Shown: piece by piece, positions 59,801 through 64,000 of the stretch
Numbering within the stretch: the stretch's first letter is position 1
How the letters are laid out: each line of letters starts with the position of its first letter
NCBI GenBank assembly: GCA_964016885.1
Contig: OZ024743.1
Location: forward strand, 208,692,001-208,756,000
Length of the DNA stretch: 64,000 nt
From: Eledone cirrhosa
Lineage: Eukaryota
Direction of reading: 5' to 3'
Translations under genes and position numbers: made by a program
Notes under the pieces: model-generated
Databases searched by the model: none
What the model saw: the letters and a program-made list of their open reading frames with translations, nothing else
What the model was told of the DNA's origin: nothing

Positions 59801-62100
59801 CTTCACTCCATATCATATACCACAGTTTACCATCCTATAGCCACACATGAGAGCTCTTCACTCCATAAGATATACCGCAGTTTACAATCCTATAGTCACA
59901 CATGAAAGCTCTTCATTCCATAAGATATACCACAGTTTACCATCCTATAGCCACAGATAAAAGCTCTTCACTCCATAACATATACCACAGTTTACCATCC
60001 TATAGCCAGATGAAAGCTCTTCACTCCATAAGATATACCACAGTTTACCATCCTATAGCCACACATGAAAGCTCTTCACTCCATAAGATATACCACAGTT
60101 TACCATCCTATAGCCACACATGAAAGTTCTTCACTCCATAAGATATACCACAGTTTACCATCGTATAGCCACACATGAAAGCTCTTCACTCCATAAGATA
60201 TACCACAGTTTACCATCCTAAAGCCACACATGAAAACTCTTCACTCCATAAGATATACCACAGTTTACCATCCTATAGCCACAGATGAAAGCTCTTCACT
60301 CCATATCATATACCACAGTTTACCATCCTATAGCCACACATGAGAGCTCTTCACTCCATAAGATATACCGCAGTTTACAATCCTATAGTCACACATGAAA
60401 GCTCTTCACCCCATAAGATATACCACAGTTTACCATCCTATAGTCAAACATGAAAGCTCTTCACCCCATAAGATATACCACAGTTTACCATCCTATTGCC
60501 ACAGATGAAAGCTGTTCACTCCATAAGATATACCACAGTTTACCATCCTATAGCCACACATGAAAGCTCTTCACTCCATTAGATATACCACAGTTTACCA
60601 TCCTATAGCCACACATGAAAGCTCTTCACTCCATAAGATATACCACAGTTTACCATCCTATAGCCACAGATGAAAGCTCTTCACTCCATCAGATATACCA
60701 CAGTTTATCATCCTATAACCAGATGAAAGCTCTTCACTCCATAAGATATACCACAGTTTACCATCCTATAGCCACGCCACGGATGAAAGCTCTTCACTCC
60801 ATAAGATATACCACAGTTTACCATCCTATAGCCACAGATGAAAGCTCTTCATTCCATAAGATATAACACAGTTTACCATCCTATAGCCACACATTAAAGC
60901 TCTTCACTCCATAAGATATAACACAGTTTACCATCCTATAGCCACACATGAAAGCTCTTCACTCCATAAGATATAACACAGTTTACCATCCTATAGCCAC
61001 AGATGAAAGCTCTTCACTCCATAAGATATACCACAGTTTACCATCCTATAGCCACACATGGAAGCTCTTCACTCCATGAGATATACCACAGTTTACCATC
61101 CTATAGCCACACATGAAAGCTTTTCATTCCATAAGATATACCACAGTTTACCATCCTATAGCCAGATGAAAGCTCTTCACTCCATAAGATATACCACAGT
61201 TTACCATCCTATAGCCACAAATGAAAGCTCTTCACTCCATAAGATATACCACAGTTTACCATCCTATAGCCAGATGAAAGCTCTTCACTCCATGAGATAT
61301 ACCACAGTTTACCATCCTATAGCCACACATGAAAGCTTTTCATTCCATAAGATATACCACAGTTTACCATCCTATAGCCAGATAAAAGCTCTTCACTCCA
61401 TAAGATATAACACAGTTTACCATCCTATAGCCACACATGAAAGCTCTTCACTCCATAAGATATACCACAGTTTACCATCCTATAGCCACACATGGAAGCT
61501 CTTCACTCCATGAGATATACCACAGTTTACCATCCTATAGCCACACATGAAAGCTCTTCACTCCATAAGATATACCACAGTTTACCATCCTATAGCCACA
61601 CATGAAAGGTCTTCACTCCATAAGATATACCACAGTTTACCATCCTATAGCCACACATGAAAGCTCTTCACTCCATAAGATATAACACAGTTTACCATCC
61701 TATAGCCACAGATGAAAGCTCTTCACTCCATAAGATATACCACAGTTTACAATCCTATAGTCACACATGAAAGCTCTTCACTCCATAAGATATACCACAG
61801 TTTACCATCCTATAGCCACACATGAAAGCTCTTCACTCCATAAGATATACCACAGTTTACCATCCTATAGCCACACATGGAAGCTCTTCACTCCATGAGA
61901 TATACCACAGTTTACCATCCTATAGCCACACATGAAAGCTTTTCATTCCATAAGATATACCACAGTTTACCATCCTATAGCCAGATGAAAGCTCTTCACT
62001 CCATAAGATATACCACAGTTTACCATCCTATAGCCACAGATGAAAGCTCTTCACTCCATAAGATATACCACAGTTTACCATCCTATAGCCACGCATGAAA
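53827..62100. repeat. Nested tandem duplications with periods 1973 bp and 3285/3230 bp
   Basis: ORF sets 54155/56128/59413, 55357/57330/60615, 57828/61058 and 58647/61877. Shared GCTATTCAC, ATATGCCAC, CTCCAGAAG, CATCGTATAG and TATAACCAG. Confidence 0.9.
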
Positions 62101-64000
62101 GCTCTTCACTCCATAAGATATACCACAGTTTACCATCCTATAGCCACACATGAAAGCTGTTCACTCCATAAGATATACCACAGTTTACCATCCTATAGCC
62201 ACACATGAAAGCTCTTCACTCCATAAGATATACCACAGTTTACCATCCTATAGCCACACATGGAAGCTCTTCACTCCATGAGATATACCACAGTTTACCA
62301 TCCTATAGCCACACATGAAAGCTCTTCACTCCATAAGATATACCACAGTTTACCATCCTATAGCCAGATGAAAGCTCTTCACTCCATAAGATATACCACA
62401 GTTTACCATCCTATAGCCACACATGAAAGCTCTTCACTCCATAAGATATACCACAGTTTACCATCCTATAGCCACACATGAAAGCTCTTCACTCCATAAG
62501 ATATACCACAGTTTACCATCCTTTAGCCACACATGAAAGCTCTACACTCCATAAGATATACCACAGTTTACCATCCTAGATCCACAGATGAAAGCTCTTC
62601 ACTCCATATCATATACCACAGTTTACCATCCTATAGCCACACATGAGAGCTCTTCACTCCATAAGATATACCGCAGTTTACAATCCTATAGTCACACATG
62701 AAAGCTCTTCACTCCATAAGATATACCACAGTTTACCATCCTATAGCCACACATGAAAGCTCTTCACTCCATAAGATATAACACAGTTTACCATCCTATA
62801 GCCACACATGAAAGCTCTTCACTCCATAAGATATACCACAGTTTACCATCCTATAGCCACACATGGAAGCTTTTCACTCCATGAGATATACCACAGTTTA
62901 CCATCCTATAGCCACACATGAAAGCTCTTCACTCCATAAGATATACCACAGTTTACCATCCTATAGCCAGATGAAAGCTCTTCTCTCCATAAGATATACC
63001 ACAGTTTACCATCCTATAGCCACAAATGAAAGCTCTTCACTCCATAAGATATACCACAGTTTACCATCCTATAGCCACACATGAAAGGTCTTCACTCCAT
63101 AAGATATACCACAGTTTACCATCCTATAGCCACACATGAAAGCTCTTCACTCCATAAGATATACCACAGTTTACCATCCTATAGCCACGCATGAAAGGTC
63201 TTCACTCCATAAGATATACCACAGTTTACCATCCTATAGCCACACATGAAAGCTCTTCACTCCATAAGATATACCACAGTTTACCATACTATAGCCACAC
63301 ATGAAAGCTCTTCACTCCATAAGATATACCACAGTTTACCATCCTATAGCCACACATGAAAGCTCTTCACTCCATAAGATATACCACAGTTTACCATCCT
63401 ATAGCCAGATGAAAGCTCTTCACTCCATAAGATATACCACAGTTTACCATCCTATAGCCACACATGAAAGCTCTTCACTCCATAAGATATACCACAATTT
63501 ACCATCCTATAGCCACACATGAAAGCTCTTCACTCCATAAGATATACCAAAGTTTACCATCCTATAGCCAGATGAAAGCTCTTCACTCCATAAGATATAC
63601 CACAGTTTACCATCCTATAGCCACACATGAAAGCTATTCACTCCATAAGATATAACACAGTTTACCATCCTATAGCCACAGATGAAAGCTCTTCACTCCA
63701 TAAGATATACCACAGTTTACAATCCTATAGTCACACATGAAAGCTCTTCACTCCATAAGATATACCACAGTTTACCATCCTATAGCCACACATGAAAGCT
63801 CTTCACTCCATAAGATATACCACAGTTTACCATCCTATAGCCACACATGGAAGCTCTTCACTCCATGAGATATGCCACAGTTTACCATCCTATAGCCACA
63901 CATGAAAGCTTTTCATTCCATAAGATATACCACACTTTACCATCCTATAGCCAGATGAAAGCTCTTCACTCCATAAGATATACCACAGTTTACCATCCTA
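62100..64000. repeat. Copy of block ~52.4-54.3 kb (offset 9637, then 9692)
   Basis: ORF pairs 52623/62260, 53171/62863, 53609/63301 and 53772/63464. The ATGGAAGCTTTTCAC monomer was seen only at 53171 and 62863. Confidence 0.87.

Larger units (their letters stand above)
1..64000. repeat. Tandem satellite DNA array, 55-bp consensus monomer with 53-, 54- and 60-bp variants, about 1,170 copies in a single orientation, running off both window edges
   Basis: The unit ATGAAAGCTCTTCACTCCATAAGATATACCACAGTTTACCATCCTATAGCCACAC repeats head-to-tail from base 1 to 64000. Most monomers differ from consensus by 0-4 substitutions. No intervening unique DNA was seen. Confidence 0.99.

Noticed and set aside
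549-63655. More than 100 short + strand ORFs (63-151 aa) as protein-coding genes or a repetitive protein
   Set aside because: All are translations of the satellite. The monomer length is not a multiple of 3, ORF length is set by the 55/53 order, and the 55-mer after two consecutive 55-mers falls in a stop-containing frame. There is no unique domain, promoter or gene context.
1-64000. CRISPR array or other repeat-spacer system
   Set aside because: There are no unique spacers. The entire unit is repeated, variation is limited to point changes and small indels, and no cas genes or leader are present.
1-64000. CENP-B box or identity with alpha satellite
   Set aside because: The consensus lacks CpG and has no TTCG....A..CGGG motif. 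Monomer length and sequence do not resemble alpha satellite.
1-64000. Canonical telomerase-type telomeric repeat
   Set aside because: No TTAGGG, TTAGG or TTTAGGG-type units are present. A 55-bp unit with inherited higher-order variants implies recombinational amplification rather than templated synthesis.
1-64000. Tandem tRNA, 5S, snRNA or spliced-leader gene array, or TATA-box promoters
   Set aside because: The unit is too short and shows no cloverleaf, A/B boxes, Sm site or poly-T terminator. The TATA tetramers (GATATAC, CCTATAG) do not match TATAWAW.
1-64000. Embedded transposon, inversion or hidden unique island
   Set aside because: Reading through the window I found no departure from the monomer register longer than a few bases and no reverse-oriented monomer. 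A very short anomaly could have been missed by eye.

Overview
The whole 64-kb window is one uninterrupted, head-to-tail, single-orientation satellite DNA array. The consensus monomer is 55 bp: ATGAAAGCTCTTCACTCCATAAGATATACCACAGTTTACCATCCTATAGCCACAC (40% GC, 17 C vs 5 G on the + strand, no CpG). There are roughly 1,170 monomers (64,000/~54.6). A common 53-bp variant ends ...TAGCCAG, and there are rare 60-bp and 54-bp variants. I see no unique sequence, gene, RNA gene, transposon, CRISPR spacer or inversion. All ORFs in the track are by-products of 55+53=108-bp (36-codon) monomer pairs. The information lies in the order of variant monomers. A conserved ordered cassette points to an ancestral ~20-monomer (1,090 bp) higher-order repeat. 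On top of it are nested duplications of 0.4-10 kb, regionally layered variant families, and a few clustered mutations that look templated, including a perfected quasi-palindrome. The array is most likely eukaryotic heterochromatin (centromeric, pericentromeric or subtelomeric). I do not recognise the family or organism, and the sequence alone does not support a new protein- or RNA-based system.
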